From positions 6,140,001 through 6,204,000 of the forward strand of contig CM052816.1 in the NCBI GenBank assembly GCA_028534125.1: a stretch of DNA of 64,000 nt. The letters are read 5' to 3'. The stretch comes from Lama glama (lineage: Eukaryota). Below are positions 1 to 11,615 of this stretch, piece after piece; within the stretch, counting starts at the first letter, position 1; every line of letters starts with the position of its first letter. The position numbers were made by a program, and so were the translations under genes. The notes under the pieces were generated by a model. The model worked only from the letters and a program-made list of their open reading frames with translations. It made no database searches and was not told where the DNA came from.

Positions 1-369
1 AAGAAGAAAGGAAATAGTCATGTGAGCAAAGCAAATCTAATCCACAACTAAAGGCAACCTAAATTATAAAAAAGAGATTAGAGGAAAAACTAATGATAAA
101 AACTGCAGCTACCACCTGTGCATTAACCACAGAGATTACATAATGATGCTTAAGAAACAGGGGAACAAAAGTGATACCCATGCCTGTTTCACAGATGCGC
201 TTTGATGCCAAGACAGGTATGACACATAAAGGCATGAACAGAAAGTGAGTGATACTTCTCACATTGGAGTCACTAATTGTTGGGTGTGGGTTATAAAAGC
301 CATTATTGTAATTACTGCCACAGCCTCCACTGAACCAACTAGGGGCCCAGTTACTGTATCGCCTGCTCT

Positions 370-505
370 ATAAACATTATCTCATTTAATGCTACAATAG
401 TTCTGTGAATTAGGAATACCATTTTTATTTTACTCATGAGACAGTTGAAGCACCAAGAGAGTAATGTGTCCAAAGTCATACAGCTAGAATGTGGCAGAGC
501 CAGGG
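370..505 (-). mobile_element. MIR SINE fragment
   Basis: ctcatttaat...caaagtcatacagctagaatgtggcagagccaggg resembles the reverse complement of the MIR core. Confidence 0.6.
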
Positions 506-964
506 TCATTTTTGTGAGCTGGGTTTGAGCTTATTTTGCCCATTCCTGTGATTCTGAGTTACTGGGTCAGTAGGGTTTCATGATTCTGAAAGCCGAGTTC
601 TTTTGGCCTCATAGTATCTCATGACCCCTTGGCTCTTGGGCACAGAGTGGAAGGATGTAAGAAATGCATACTTTTTATGTTGTGTCTTAAAGACTTCTTC
701 ACAATATGATAAAAGTCCAGTCATGGTAAATAGCTAAACAGTCCTGGATCTAAAACTGAACTGCTGCTTAGAAAGACTGTTGACTTGAGCGATGCAAAAT
801 GCAGTGTTCAGGGAGGGAATCATCATGTGTTTTAGATGAGATTTATTGTTAGTCAATCTGCTTGCTAGGATTAAGGATAATATTAAAAATGTGCTATGAA
901 TCTTCCAAGTCATGTCAAGGGGCTAAGGTAATTCTAAATGATCCAAAATTGGGATAGAAGGTGG

Positions 965-1880
965 AATCGGAGGAACAGTCTAGAAGATGCAGTCACTTGA
1001 TCTGAGCCTTGTCTGATGTGTAGGATTTCTAGAAGCAGACAACAGGAGTGCTGATGGGCTGGAGCTGGCTTCTAAGAGCTGAATGTGCATATCTCTTCCC
1101 AAATCTGCATTCACTGACACCCAGCTGGTAGTATGATATTGGCCATAGTGAAAGTATTTACATCATGTAAATTGGTAAACACTGCAAGTCAGTATCAGTT
1201 CACCACTAAAATGGAAGTTAGGAATCCCTTGCAGTTATAGATGCCCAGAGATGTGAATGCACATTAGGTGAAGTCTGGTGACGTAGAATATCTGGAGAAG
1301 ACAGTGGTGGATGAAACTGACAAGGTAGGAGTGAGCTGGATAATGAGAGTCCTTGAATGTCAATCCAAGGAAGCTTGATTTTATCTTACAGGCACTGTGC
1401 CCATCAAAAAACAAAACAAAACTTTCTGATCTAGTCCCATCTCTATTGTGGGCTGATGATTTCAGTACCGGAGTCACAATTAGACTGAGAGATTGGATAT
1501 GGGAGATGGGTTAAGAGGCTGTAGTATTAAATAGCACAACAGAAATCTGGGAGAGACCTGGAAAGGGTAGTGACAGTGATGAAGGAGAGAATAAAACAGG
1601 AAGTCAAGAGAGGAGAAAGAATTTAGTAAACTTGATAACTTATTGAATGGGAGTTATTGGGGTAAGATAGGGAGATGTCCAGTGTTACTGAAGTCACTTA
1701 CTTAGGAAAGACAGGGGAACACTATAACTGAGTGGAAAGTTATAGACACGTTGAATTAGGAGATATTTTGATCCTTGAGAAATTGCAGCCTAGGTCTCCA
1801 GAGAAAGGTCAGAGAGAGATAAATAGGTGATAATAAAGGTCAAGGGAGTGGAGGACAGAGCACAGGAAGAGTGCACAAAG
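965..1880 (-). mobile_element. Degenerate L2 LINE fragments (interrupted by a MER63-like element)
   Basis: ttgatctgagccttg, ccttgaatgtcaatccaaggaagcttgatttttatctt, aagaggctgtagta are antisense L2-like motifs; purine-rich. Confidence 0.5.
1050..1207. mobile_element. MER63A-like hAT-Blackjack MITE
   Basis: tgtgcatatctcttcccaaatctgcattcactgac...ggccatagtgaaagtatttacatcatg...caccact resembles the MER63A consensus as recalled. Confidence 0.6.
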
Positions 1881-1967
1881 GATGGGGGTACATGATGATA
1901 AGAGACCATTTCATGTCCCCTTTCATTCATTTACTAATGTACACGTTTAACAAACATCCATTATGAG

Positions 1968-2093
1968 TTGAGTCACCATATATCCCACCTTATCTGGGAC
2001 ACTCCCGGCTAATTTTTTTGAACCAGTGTAATTGTAAGTAGCATCCCCTTACACTCTTAGAAGTGTCCCTGTTTGGATGATAAATCTTATCCT
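1968..2093. mobile_element. MER94-like hAT-Blackjack MITE
   Basis: gagtcaccatatatccc...gggacactcccgg...cactcttagaagtgtccctgtttggatgataaat. Confidence 0.6.
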
Positions 2094-2726
2094 TAAATAT
2101 GTGCTGCAGACAGGGCTGACAATCAGGAATTTAAAGACTGTCCCGTGCAGAGCCTGGTCTAAAGGAGCTCAACTGAATGTTGTTCTTTTTGTTGTAAGTG
2201 TAAAAGTTATGTCTTCTCTCAGTTAACTTGCAGTCTGGAGGTGTGATGTCCCTATCCACCTACACAGTAATTCAGGCACTAGACGGCAGAGCACAAGTGA
2301 GTGCCAGCACCGTAGCACCAGTCAATAATCATGGAAGTGCTAGAGAAAGAGATCCATCAGTGAGAGATGTCTTCATACTCCTCCACCTTCCTCTGTGCCC
2401 AGGGAGCTTGATACGCAGTGATTTTATCAGTGGGCATCTTTGTTGTCTGATTTCCAGTGGGTTTGGTGAATGGAAGGAGCCAACAAGTAGACCCTGGGAG
2501 AGTGACACTGGCTTCATTAACGCCGAGTCGCTGTAGGCTAGCTGCGTCTCCCTCTACTGAAGCACAGCTCTGTACAGGTGTGCTCTCTGGGCTCCAGTAA
2601 TCACTCCCTCTCCTTGCAGTGTCCTTTCCTTGTACAGGTCCCTTCCACACCCTGGGAGGGACCCCAGTGATTTACTGATATGGTCAGGGTGATATGCTTT
2701 GGATACCTTGCTAAAATAAGATCTTC

Positions 2727-3303
2727 TCATAGTCTGAATTCTAAACACGATCTCCAAGATTGCACGTTTTCATCCTTGGAACCTGTAAACATGATGAGCT
2801 ATCACTCCCGTGATTATGTAATGCTGTATGGCTCACTTAGCATTAAAATAATGTATTTTTTTTACATTAGACTGACCCAGTCACACAAGCCCTTAGCTGT
2901 GGAGAGCTTTCTTCAACTGGGCAGCAGAGGAAGGCAGAGAGGTTTAAAGCAGGAGCAGAATTTGTTGTACTACCGCTGGCGTTTAGATGGCGAGGGTCAC
3001 ATGAGAAAAAAACGCGGGCAACTTTAGGAAGTGATGGAAGACCCTGGTTGACAGCCGTTAAGGAAACAAGGACCTCAGTCCTATAGCTGTGAGGTGCTAA
3101 ATTCTGCCAACCACCTGACTAAACTTGGAAGCAGATTTCTCCCTAGAGCCTCCCGGTAAGGAGGACTCAGCCTGGTGCCTTGACTTCAGCGTTGTGCTAA
3201 TCCAGAGAACTTCTGACTTATACAACTGTGAGTTAATAGATGGGTGTAGTTTTAAGCTGCTAAGATTGTGATAATTTATTATGCGCTGAAGAAAATGAAT
3301 ACA
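2727..3303 (+). mobile_element. MaLR solo LTR (MLT1D/E-like)
   Basis: gacagcc..aaggaaacaaggacctcagtcctata, aattctgccaaccacctga..ttggaagcagat; 3' end ttttaagctgctaag...gaaaatgaataca. Confidence 0.75.
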
Positions 3304-3729
3304 GACCTTTCAGTTCATACTGGGTAACACTGCTGTCTCTTTCTACTCTAATTTCCCTTTGTAACACTCCCCTTGTGCCAGGCAATGGGGGGGGGTGGCC
3401 CTGGGAATTTGAGGGATCTCCTTAAGGGGAGTCTAAGTTGGGTATACGTTTAATTTGGATTTAGTAGGATATCATTGTTACATGGCTCATAATCACTTCC
3501 ATGAATAGTTTTGGGTAGTCTTCCTGGGAAAGGAGTGACTTCCAGGAGTACTTCCCTAATCCACTGTACTGGATCATCTGGCATCTCCATAAGAAAATGC
3601 CTGGCCAGAAGTTGAATTGTGACATGTCTGACCGTGCTTCATACAGAAGTAACTGGGTCCTGGAGGAGAAGTCAGATTTGAAATACAAAGAGCCAAGTGC
3701 TAGTCTGTGGAAAGTTCTTCCAAATCTTA

Positions 3730-4207
3730 CAGGGCACATTTAAAGAAACTCAGTAAACATTTTCCCGTCATAATTTCGAAGTCATTCTAAACATTTATAT
3801 GAGGTTATCTAAAACAAGTTATGAAATTGAAATAAACAAGAAAAAGGGGCTTATAGATTTTCTCAATTTTGATTTAAAGTGTAACTGTTTACATAGCATT
3901 ACCAATAACAGTTTTTGAAGCCAATCATTGTCGTTTGACAAAGTAACCAAAGAACATGCAGCCAAAAATTTAGGGGAAAAGCATTGCAGCATTTCATCAG
4001 GCAATCAATTAATATAACTAGACTATTTTTTCTAGCTTCTGTAGTTTTTATGACACTTGTTTAAGCTTTGTTTAAATTTGTAAGTTATTACAATTTATTT
4101 TCCCACTTGAAAACATTCATTTTACAGTATTAATTTTGTGTTCTTTTTATTAAAGTTAATAAAATAAGCGAATAAACTTCAGGCGTCACAAATCCTGGAT
4201 CTCCCTG
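3730..4207 (+). mobile_element. hAT (Tip100/Zaphod-like) DNA transposon remnant
   Basis: Fossil transposase C-terminal peptides ALPITVFEA (3896-3922) and QSLSFDKVTKEHAAKN (3922-3969); end cttcaggcgtcacaaatcctggatctccctg. Confidence 0.45.
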
Positions 4208-5049
4208 TAAGCCTTCCTGCTCTTATTAGGCTTGGAGTACTGTGCTGTGTCTTGCTAATTTTCTCCAGCCTTGCCTGCCATGGGGTAAAAAAAGTGCTTT
4301 ATTAAATCCCCTCCAATTGCCCAGTTCTGTGTGCCATCTTTTTCTTCATGGCACCCCACCCAATACCCTCCTTGTTGTCCTGAGTGACCTGGAACAATGG
4401 TTGGGCTCATAGCGAAGAGAAGGAGGGAGTGGACTTTTGTGGGCAAGAGAGTTACAAGAGCTAAGGAAAGGATGGGGGAATGTGAAGGATGTCGAGGGGG
4501 TGCTGGAGCAGAAGTAGGGTTCACAGTAGGGTTTGGCCATGTGCATATTAAAACTGATCATTTAAAAATTCCTTGCCCGTAAACCAACACTAGCCAAATT
4601 TGGCCAACTGTGGATTTTGCCTATACTTAGCATTAATTCTCACCTTGTGTGGCTCTTGAGATGATTGCCATTAACAGGTTAGGAAGCTTCTTTCTGCTAA
4701 ATGGCTGAACACCTCAAGGTTTATTGGGAGAATCAAGGTAGCATTTGTCATTGTGTATGCTATGTACATATGTACCTTATATGTATATATGTGTGTACAC
4801 ATGCACACATTACCAAGTGGATACATCACCACAGGGATCATTTCACAGAACCTAAGTTAGACCTCTCAGTGGGTGACAGAAGTTACTGTTTCCCCAGTTG
4901 ATGGCTGATAATTTCTAAACTTTGTAAAGGGCTAAATGGGATTGCCAAATATGGATACCCAAACTTTAGACAAGAGTCCTTAAGGTAAAAATGTCCTGAT
5001 GTTGAGATTTACCACCCCCTCATTCTGTTTCTTTTTTTTTTTTTTTGTA

Positions 5050-5735
5050 ACTTAAAAAATTAACTCATGTTCAGTTGAGATAACCTGAAAAATGCAGCAA
5101 AAGAGAAATTAAATATATAAATATATTTATATATTATAACATACAATATATATAATTGCCTATCAACATTTTACTTGTGCTCTTTAATTTTTTTCTTGCA
5201 CACATCTGTATTTTAGTTGCCTTTGACCTGCAAATGCTGTCATCACTTCCTTTTTTATTTAGCAATGTAGAATGGTTTTACCATGATCTCAAGTATTCTT
5301 CTGTATCTCGATTTTAACAATTTTTGTTGTTTTGCTTGCTAAGAAACAAAACAAAACAAATAATAAACCAACAAAACAACCACGCCATCCAGAACTGTCA
5401 TCATCATAATTATTAATGATAGTCCCTATTAACATTTTGATGCAGCATGATTTTTTTCTTTATTTTTTTAATGGAAGTGCCGGGGATTGAACATGCTACA
5501 GATGTGCTCCACCACTGACCTATACCCACTCCTGATGCAATGTAATTTTTAGTGGCTGTATTATATTTCATTATATGGGTATACTGTAATTTAGTGAAAG
5601 AATCCCACACATTAGATATTAGGTTGTTTTCAATTTTTTGCTGTTGTAGATGAACTTGAGACAAACATCCTTGTTCATCCACTTTTGCATATACATCTCT
5701 GATTATCCTCTGAGGATGAATTCCACTTTGAATCC
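5050..5735 (-). mobile_element. Old L1ME-type 3' fragment
   Basis: tttttagtggctgtattatatttcattatatgg...ttaggttgttttcaattttttgctgtt...acatccttgt. Confidence 0.5.
5451..5532 (-). mobile_element. Camelid tRNA-derived SINE (Vic-1-like), internally deleted
   Basis: poly-T + aatggaagtgccggggattgaac...accactgacctataccc; degenerate TSD tgatgcagcatgatttt / tgatgcaatgtaatttt. Confidence 0.75.
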
Positions 5736-7349
5736 CTGGCATGTTTTAATGCTAAAGAAGTCTAAAATGATAAAATGGCTCTTAGTTAGCCAGGTGTCCA
5801 GGGGCTTTGCAACCTTCCTCAAAGCATAGGCTCCTGAGGGCAGCTGTATTATCTGTTGATCTGCTGGGAGAACACTGGACCCAAAAGCCAGTGATTCACG
5901 AAGCATGATATTATGTCTTAAAGTCTAATTACGTCTAATTGTTATCAAACACGTAGCTGGCATTCCAAAGTGTTTTCCTTAGTGTATTCAAAATGTGTAT
6001 TCAAAGAAAATCTCATTTTCCTGTAAAATCTCTCAATTTTTTTTCACTGTCCAATTCTTACTTTCAGCATCTAGTTCAGTGCTTCACAGTAGTTTGGGGA
6101 CAGTCATAGAGCACTTAGAGGAGAGCATGTCTCCTCAAATCACAGGGCACCTAAGGACCCTGGCTCCAAAACAAACACAGATGTATTTATTGCCTCCCAG
6201 CACAGAGATCCTCAAGGATCATGTTTCTCTTTAGTTCTGCACTAATATCAAGTGAACTCTATCCTTCTTGAGTGTTGGAAGTCCAGATCCCTCCCTATGC
6301 ATTTCTGGGTCTCTTCAGGGAATTTTCACACTTGCTCTGATTCTGCTCATCAACTCCTGCTCTGGACTTCTCCATCAGTCCCCTCTTGCATCTTAAAAAC
6401 AGTCCTTCATACCGTGCTACTGTCATTTACTTTGACCCAAGCAAGAATGTCAGCCCCTCTCTTGGTTAGCAAAACTTAGTGTCAGATTGTAGAATTGGTA
6501 GCACTTTATGAAAAGCTGGGGGTTACAGAGAACAAAGATAGAGGTGACATAAAATTGAATATTGGGACTAACAGCTAATTACTGTGACACCCACCCCCAA
6601 ACATTTCCCAGTGATCATGTCTGTGCTGTGAGCTTGGCCTGTGGCCATGTTGCAGGTGCCAGTTGGTCCCCATGGATTGGAGACCCCAGTTCAGTCTTTT
6701 CCACTCTGATCTAGATTTAAATGTCCCTCCCTGTAATTGGATTTGAAGAATGAACTGAGTAAAAATGTAATAAGCTTTGCAGAGAGGCAACTGTGCCCCC
6801 CATGAATGACAACTTTCTTATATTTATACACAAAATCCTTGGCCTGAAACATTTGGAAGATGTCGCTGTTTCAGGGTTTTCTGAGAACAGCGGGTAGATG
6901 CTTGCCTGAAATATCTCTAACTAAATGACTCATCAAAGTGGTCTATCAAAACAAAGGGCAGACCTGCATGAAGAACACATTCTAGCCTCACTCTAGAATG
7001 CAGAGCAGATTTTTGACATCCTTCTCCATTCCATCATTTTTTGTAAGTTCAGTGATAATTTTAGTAACTCATCTCCTATAGCTAAAATAAATTGCTGGCA
7101 GATTTAAATACCAGTTTTTCTTTCTCACACAACCAGACCGTTGTGCTGATTATTTTTAAGTTGTTTTAGACCCTCTCTGACATTGCCTAGCTCTGCCGTA
7201 GGTTCAATTTATAGACACTTGCTTCATCTCAAGCCTTTTTGATTTTTTTCACTCACTTGTACTGATACCCATTTCTCCTCAAAAGTATCCATATCACAAA
7301 TGATTACTTTCTAGATTAATGGTCTGTATGTCACAAACATTGATCTAGA

Positions 7350-7860
7350 TTTTTTAGCATATTTGATTTATAGTATTGTGTTACTTTCAGATGTACAGCA
7401 AAGTATTTCAGTTTTATATATGTATGTATCTTTCTTTTTTGTCAAGTCTTTTCCATTGTAACTTATTATGAGATACTGGATATAGTTCCCTGTGCTCTAC
7501 AGTAGGTCCTTGTTATGTATCTATTTTATATATAGTAGTCTGCATCTGTTAAATCCTGAACTCCTAATCTATTTATCTCCCCTTTCCCCTTTGGTAGCTA
7601 TAAATTTGTTTTCTATGTCTGTGAGTCTGTTTATATTTTGTAAATAAGTTCATTTGTACAATTTTTTAGATTCCACAAAAAAGTGATATATAATATTTGT
7701 CTCTCTGTAAGTTATTTCACTTAGTATGATAATCTCGAGGTCCATCCGTGTTGCTGCAAAAGACATTTTTTATGGCTGAGTAATATTCTATTATAGCTAG
7801 CTAGCTCAATCTCACAACTTCTTTATACATTCTTCTGTTTATGGACACTTAGGTTGCTTC
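7350..7860 (-). mobile_element. 5'-truncated cetartiodactyl-type L1 3' end
   Basis: atatagttccctgtgctctacagtaggtccttg...atggacacttaggttgcttcca; degenerate TSD cattgatctagattttt (7338) / cactgattgagattttt (7861). Confidence 0.85.
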
Positions 7861-8218
7861 CACTGATTGAGATTTTTGAATGCAAACTGTTTGAAGGCAG
7901 AACCCTTGTTTTTACTTTTATTTTTGACAGTGTCTAACAGGTAATTCAATAAATATTGTACTGTTTTCTTCAACAATGCTATTATTTTCAGATTGCTCCA
8001 TTGATTTAATAAAAGCTCTTCAGAAAACAGACAAAAACCCCACTGCATTAAAGGAACATGTTGATTGTACATTTAACTCATCCGAATTTTAGAAGCATTA
8101 ATATGAGGATAAAGGAATAAAGTTCATCCTATACAGAGGCAATATGGCCTCTCACAGCTTTGAGGACCTCAGAGGTCAGCCACTCCAGCGTTTTACCAAA
8201 TGCCGGACTCTTTCCAGA

Positions 8219-8396
8219 TCAGGTGTGCTTAATTCAGGGTTAATAAGTGGAATGCAGGTAACACATGGATTCTCTGAAATTATAAACAACAATGTGTCTG
8301 TGTGTATTGTGTACAGATTTTTCTTAGGAAGGGATGAACGTATTTTATTAGCCTCTTAAAGCAACTACTGACCTTGACATTCTTAAGAACAACTAA
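8219..8396. mobile_element. MER103C-like hAT-Charlie MITE
   Basis: caggtgtgcttaattcaggg...ctctgaaattat...ttttcttaggaaggg...ttaagaacaact. Confidence 0.5.
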
Positions 8397-8610
8397 TCTA
8401 GAATATTCCTTGTGGGTGATCATCCAGTCCAAGTTTGAGTATCTCCAGAGAGAGTTCATTCAGTCATTCAGCTCTTCTAACTGTTAAAATGCCTTGGCTA
8501 AACTTGACCTAAAATTTTCTGCCAGTGTTCCTTGTTCCAGAATATAAATGCTTGTTGGATGTTGTATTATAAATAATATGATGATAGACACTGAATAGTA
8601 GCTTAATTGA

Positions 8611-8891
8611 AACAGAAATAGACTCATAGACATAGAATACAAACTTGTGGTTGCCAAGGGGGTGGGGAATGGGAAGGGACAGACTGGGATTTTGAAATGC
8701 AGAATAGATAAACAAGATTATACTGTACAGCACAGGGAAAAATATACAAGATCTTGTGGTAGCTCATAGTGGAAAAAAATGTGACAATGAATGTATATAT
8801 TTTTGTGTATAACTGAAAAATTGTGTTCTACACTAGAATTTACAGCATTGTAAAATGACTATCACTCAGTAGTATAAAATGACTATCACTC
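8611..8891 (+). mobile_element. Camelid L1 3' UTR fragment with perfect 14-bp TSD
   Basis: aacagaaatagactcatagacatagaatacaaacttgtggttgccaagggg...; TSD agtagcttaattga at 8597-8610 and 8892-8905. Confidence 0.88.
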
Positions 8892-9842
8892 AGTAGCTTA
8901 ATTGATAACACATTGGCTTGCTGATATTAGAAAGACCTATGTGAAAACCATGAAGTCTGATTTTTTTTCCTTTTCAAACCAATTGAGTTTTTATTGTTCT
9001 TTTTTGGTATAATTTAGAATGTGAGCTATTTAAGAAACAAGCTAATTAGTTGATAGGCTGTCATATAATTAGTGCTTAGTATGTAATGTGAACTGAATGG
9101 GTTAATTAAGTAAAAATGACTGAGTGAAAGGAAGGATAGCTGACATGAATTTGTGAATGAATTCGTGTGTAGATAAACATGGTGAGTACATTAAAATGTG
9201 TGGGTCTAAGATTCTAGGTTTCATATATTTAAATTATTGAGATTCTCTGCTGGGCCATACCAGTATTATTTATCATCACAGTTTCAGTGTGAGAAGTCCA
9301 CTGCTGAAGATAGATTCTTTCAATCTTCCATCCTCCCATCTATCCATTCATCCACCCAACAAACGTTTACCAACTACCCTGCATATCTTCAATGAAGGAA
9401 ATACAGTTTGGTGACATACCATGTTTCCTGGGACACTGGGAAACAGCAGTGGACAAGAGAAGCTCAGGCCACTAAATGATAACTGTTGCCAGAGCTCCTG
9501 GGTACATGGGACTTTCCATGCAGAACACGCACTAGTGGTGACACTTGCTCAACGGTCTCAGCTTATTGACAGGAAAAACAGACCTGGAAAAAGGCAGAAG
9601 AGTAGATTCCATAGATTCATAGTCCCTGATATATAAAACAGAGAAAATAGGATGAGGCATACGTGATTAAGAAGGTCTTAGTTTAAGGAAAATATGCAGT
9701 TGATACCATAAACATATGATCCTTGGAAACCTGTAAGAAATGGACATAACCCCTGGAAAGTAAACCTTAAACATTCACTTACATACCTACCTGCACACAT
9801 ACTTTCCATATAACTAATCTTTCCTTGTGGACAAGAGCTCAG

Positions 9843-10020
9843 GAGGCAGCATGTGGTGGAGAAGCATCAGGAAGAATCAGAAGGTCTGGGAACCAGTCTT
9901 AGCTCTGCTGATGCTGTGCTGTGTGTGTTTTGAGCAGGTGGCTGTCTCTCTCTGTTTCAAGTGACTCATCTGTGAGCTGAGAGGGCCAGATGCAAAGGTC
10001 TCTTCCTCTGGATTACTCAG
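9843..10020 (+). mobile_element. MIR3/MIRc-like SINE
   Basis: ggcagcatgtggtggagaagca...tcagaaggtctggg...gctctgct...ctcatctgt...aaggtctcttcc. Confidence 0.5.
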
Positions 10021-10306
10021 TGTCTCGGTGTCAAGACACTTTGTGACACAACAACCTATAAGCACTACAGCTTTCTGGGAAAGGTTTTTGTTGTTACTCT
10101 TTGTGTGTGTGTTGGTTGGAATCACCGCCTAACACTGGGAGATGCTGGGTGTGAACTCTGCAAGGTGGTCTTGTCCTTTGGCAAACCTTGGAATTTTTAC
10201 TCCAGCTATATTGTAACCACTTTCAGAATTCACTGGATCAGAATTCACATCAAATGAAATAGTGCATTACTAAACTTTGCATTTCTCCCAAATATTTGAT
10301 AGAAGC

Positions 10307-10414
10307 CCTTCCTTCCTTCCTTCCTTCCTTCCTTCCTTCCTTCCTTCCTTCCTTCCATCCTTCCTTCCTTCCATCCTTCCTCCCTCCCATCCATCCATCC
10401 ATCCATCCATCCAT
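10307..10414. repeat. Compound microsatellite (CCTT)n grading into (CCAT)n
   Basis: Directly visible tandem tetranucleotides. Confidence 0.95.
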
Positions 10415-11029
10415 ATAAAGTCACCCGGTTGGCTACACATCTTCTGGAAAGAAAGGGGGAAAAGCTCAGGAATCCATTATGGATTTTTGGAAGCGTCATG
10501 GAGACCCCATAATGTATTAATTGGCACTGATAGAACTGTATTTTGCTGGAGCCATTAATTGATACTGTTATATTAAAAGATGAGTGCAGAGAGCACAGCC
10601 GTTCAAAGGAGAAAGGTGCCAGATAGTGATGAGTATTTAAAAAAACCCTTAGGGTTTGGGGTTATGGGCCAGATGGGAGGTGGAGTAGACAGAGGAAAGG
10701 TCACAAGGACCCTGGGTCCTTTCACCACTCCAGATCCACCAGGAACAAAGAGAAGGAGTGGACAGAAGAGAAGGGATGAAGCCCTGACATCTACTGAGCA
10801 TGCTAAATTTGTCGAGTATCCTAGTGGAAATTCCTCATGAGCATCCATAGATGAGGTCAGCTTCATCCATTTATTCTTTCAACAAGTATTTTTTCAGCCA
10901 CTGTGCTGAGTGCTGGGTGTTCAGTCCTGAGCAAAATAGCCGTGACTCTCCTGGAGTTTGGTAATGGAGCTTATGACTTTCCTTTTTATTATTTTTTAAA
11001 ACTTTTCCATGAAATAGGTAAGATAGGGA

Positions 11030-11333
11030 TCTGCCAAGCTGGGCCTAAGGCAACGGTTTTGGTGCAATGAGTACAGTTGGGATTTCGTCCTAAGAAGCCC
11101 AGTGAGGGGATGGCTGAGTAGGATAAGGAAGGGAGGTAAACTTAAAAGGGGCTTATCAATGAATGGGTCACCAGTGTGGCCAGGGGCTCGGTCAGACCTT
11201 TGGGGGACCCTCTGAGAGACTCTGTAGAGAACACATCTCAGAATTGACCTACTCAGAGTACAAAGAAGCTGAGGTGTTCATCCACCAACTCCCGCCCCTC
11301 CCTGGTTGAGGCTGCACCAGTCACTAACTCCCA
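11030..11333 (-). mobile_element. ERVL LTR16-like fragment
   Basis: gggggaccctctgagagact...acacatctcagaattg...aagctgaggtgttcatccaccaactccc...ggttgagg. Confidence 0.55.
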
Positions 11334-11528
11334 GCAGTCCCATGGGGCTGAGCCCTCAGCCTGTGGGGTCTGATGCTCTCTCTGGGTAGACTGAGTCAGA
11401 ACTGGGTTAAACTGTAGAACCCCCAGCTGGTGTTGGACACATGCTTGTTGTTGTGGGGAAAACTGTCCCCACATTTGGTGAGCAGAAATGTCAGAAGTGT
11501 TTTGTGTGAGCAGTGAACAGATATACAC

Positions 11529-11562
<34 letters not shown>

Positions 11563-11615
11563 AGATAGACTGAAGTAAAGTTTTTCCTTATAGCAGGTGG
11601 AAAACTGAGTTTTTC
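11334..11615 (+). mobile_element. MER21-like ERVL segment containing a (CA)n repeat
   Basis: ctgagccctcagcctgtggggtctgatgct...cccagctggtgt...gtggggaaaac...acatttggt. Confidence 0.55.
11529..11562. repeat. (CA)n microsatellite
   Basis: Directly visible. Confidence 0.95.

Noticed and set aside
943..4954. CArG boxes at 943, 4594 and 4945 (others at 47740 and 60168)
   Set aside because: About five in 64 kb is roughly the chance expectation for AT-rich DNA; no independent support.
8658..8678. G-quadruplex motif
   Set aside because: The ordinary G-rich tract of L1 3' UTRs, already explained by the element.
10245..10558. ORFs with EGRK/PSFL repeats
   Set aside because: Translations of the (CCTT)n/(CCAT)n microsatellite.
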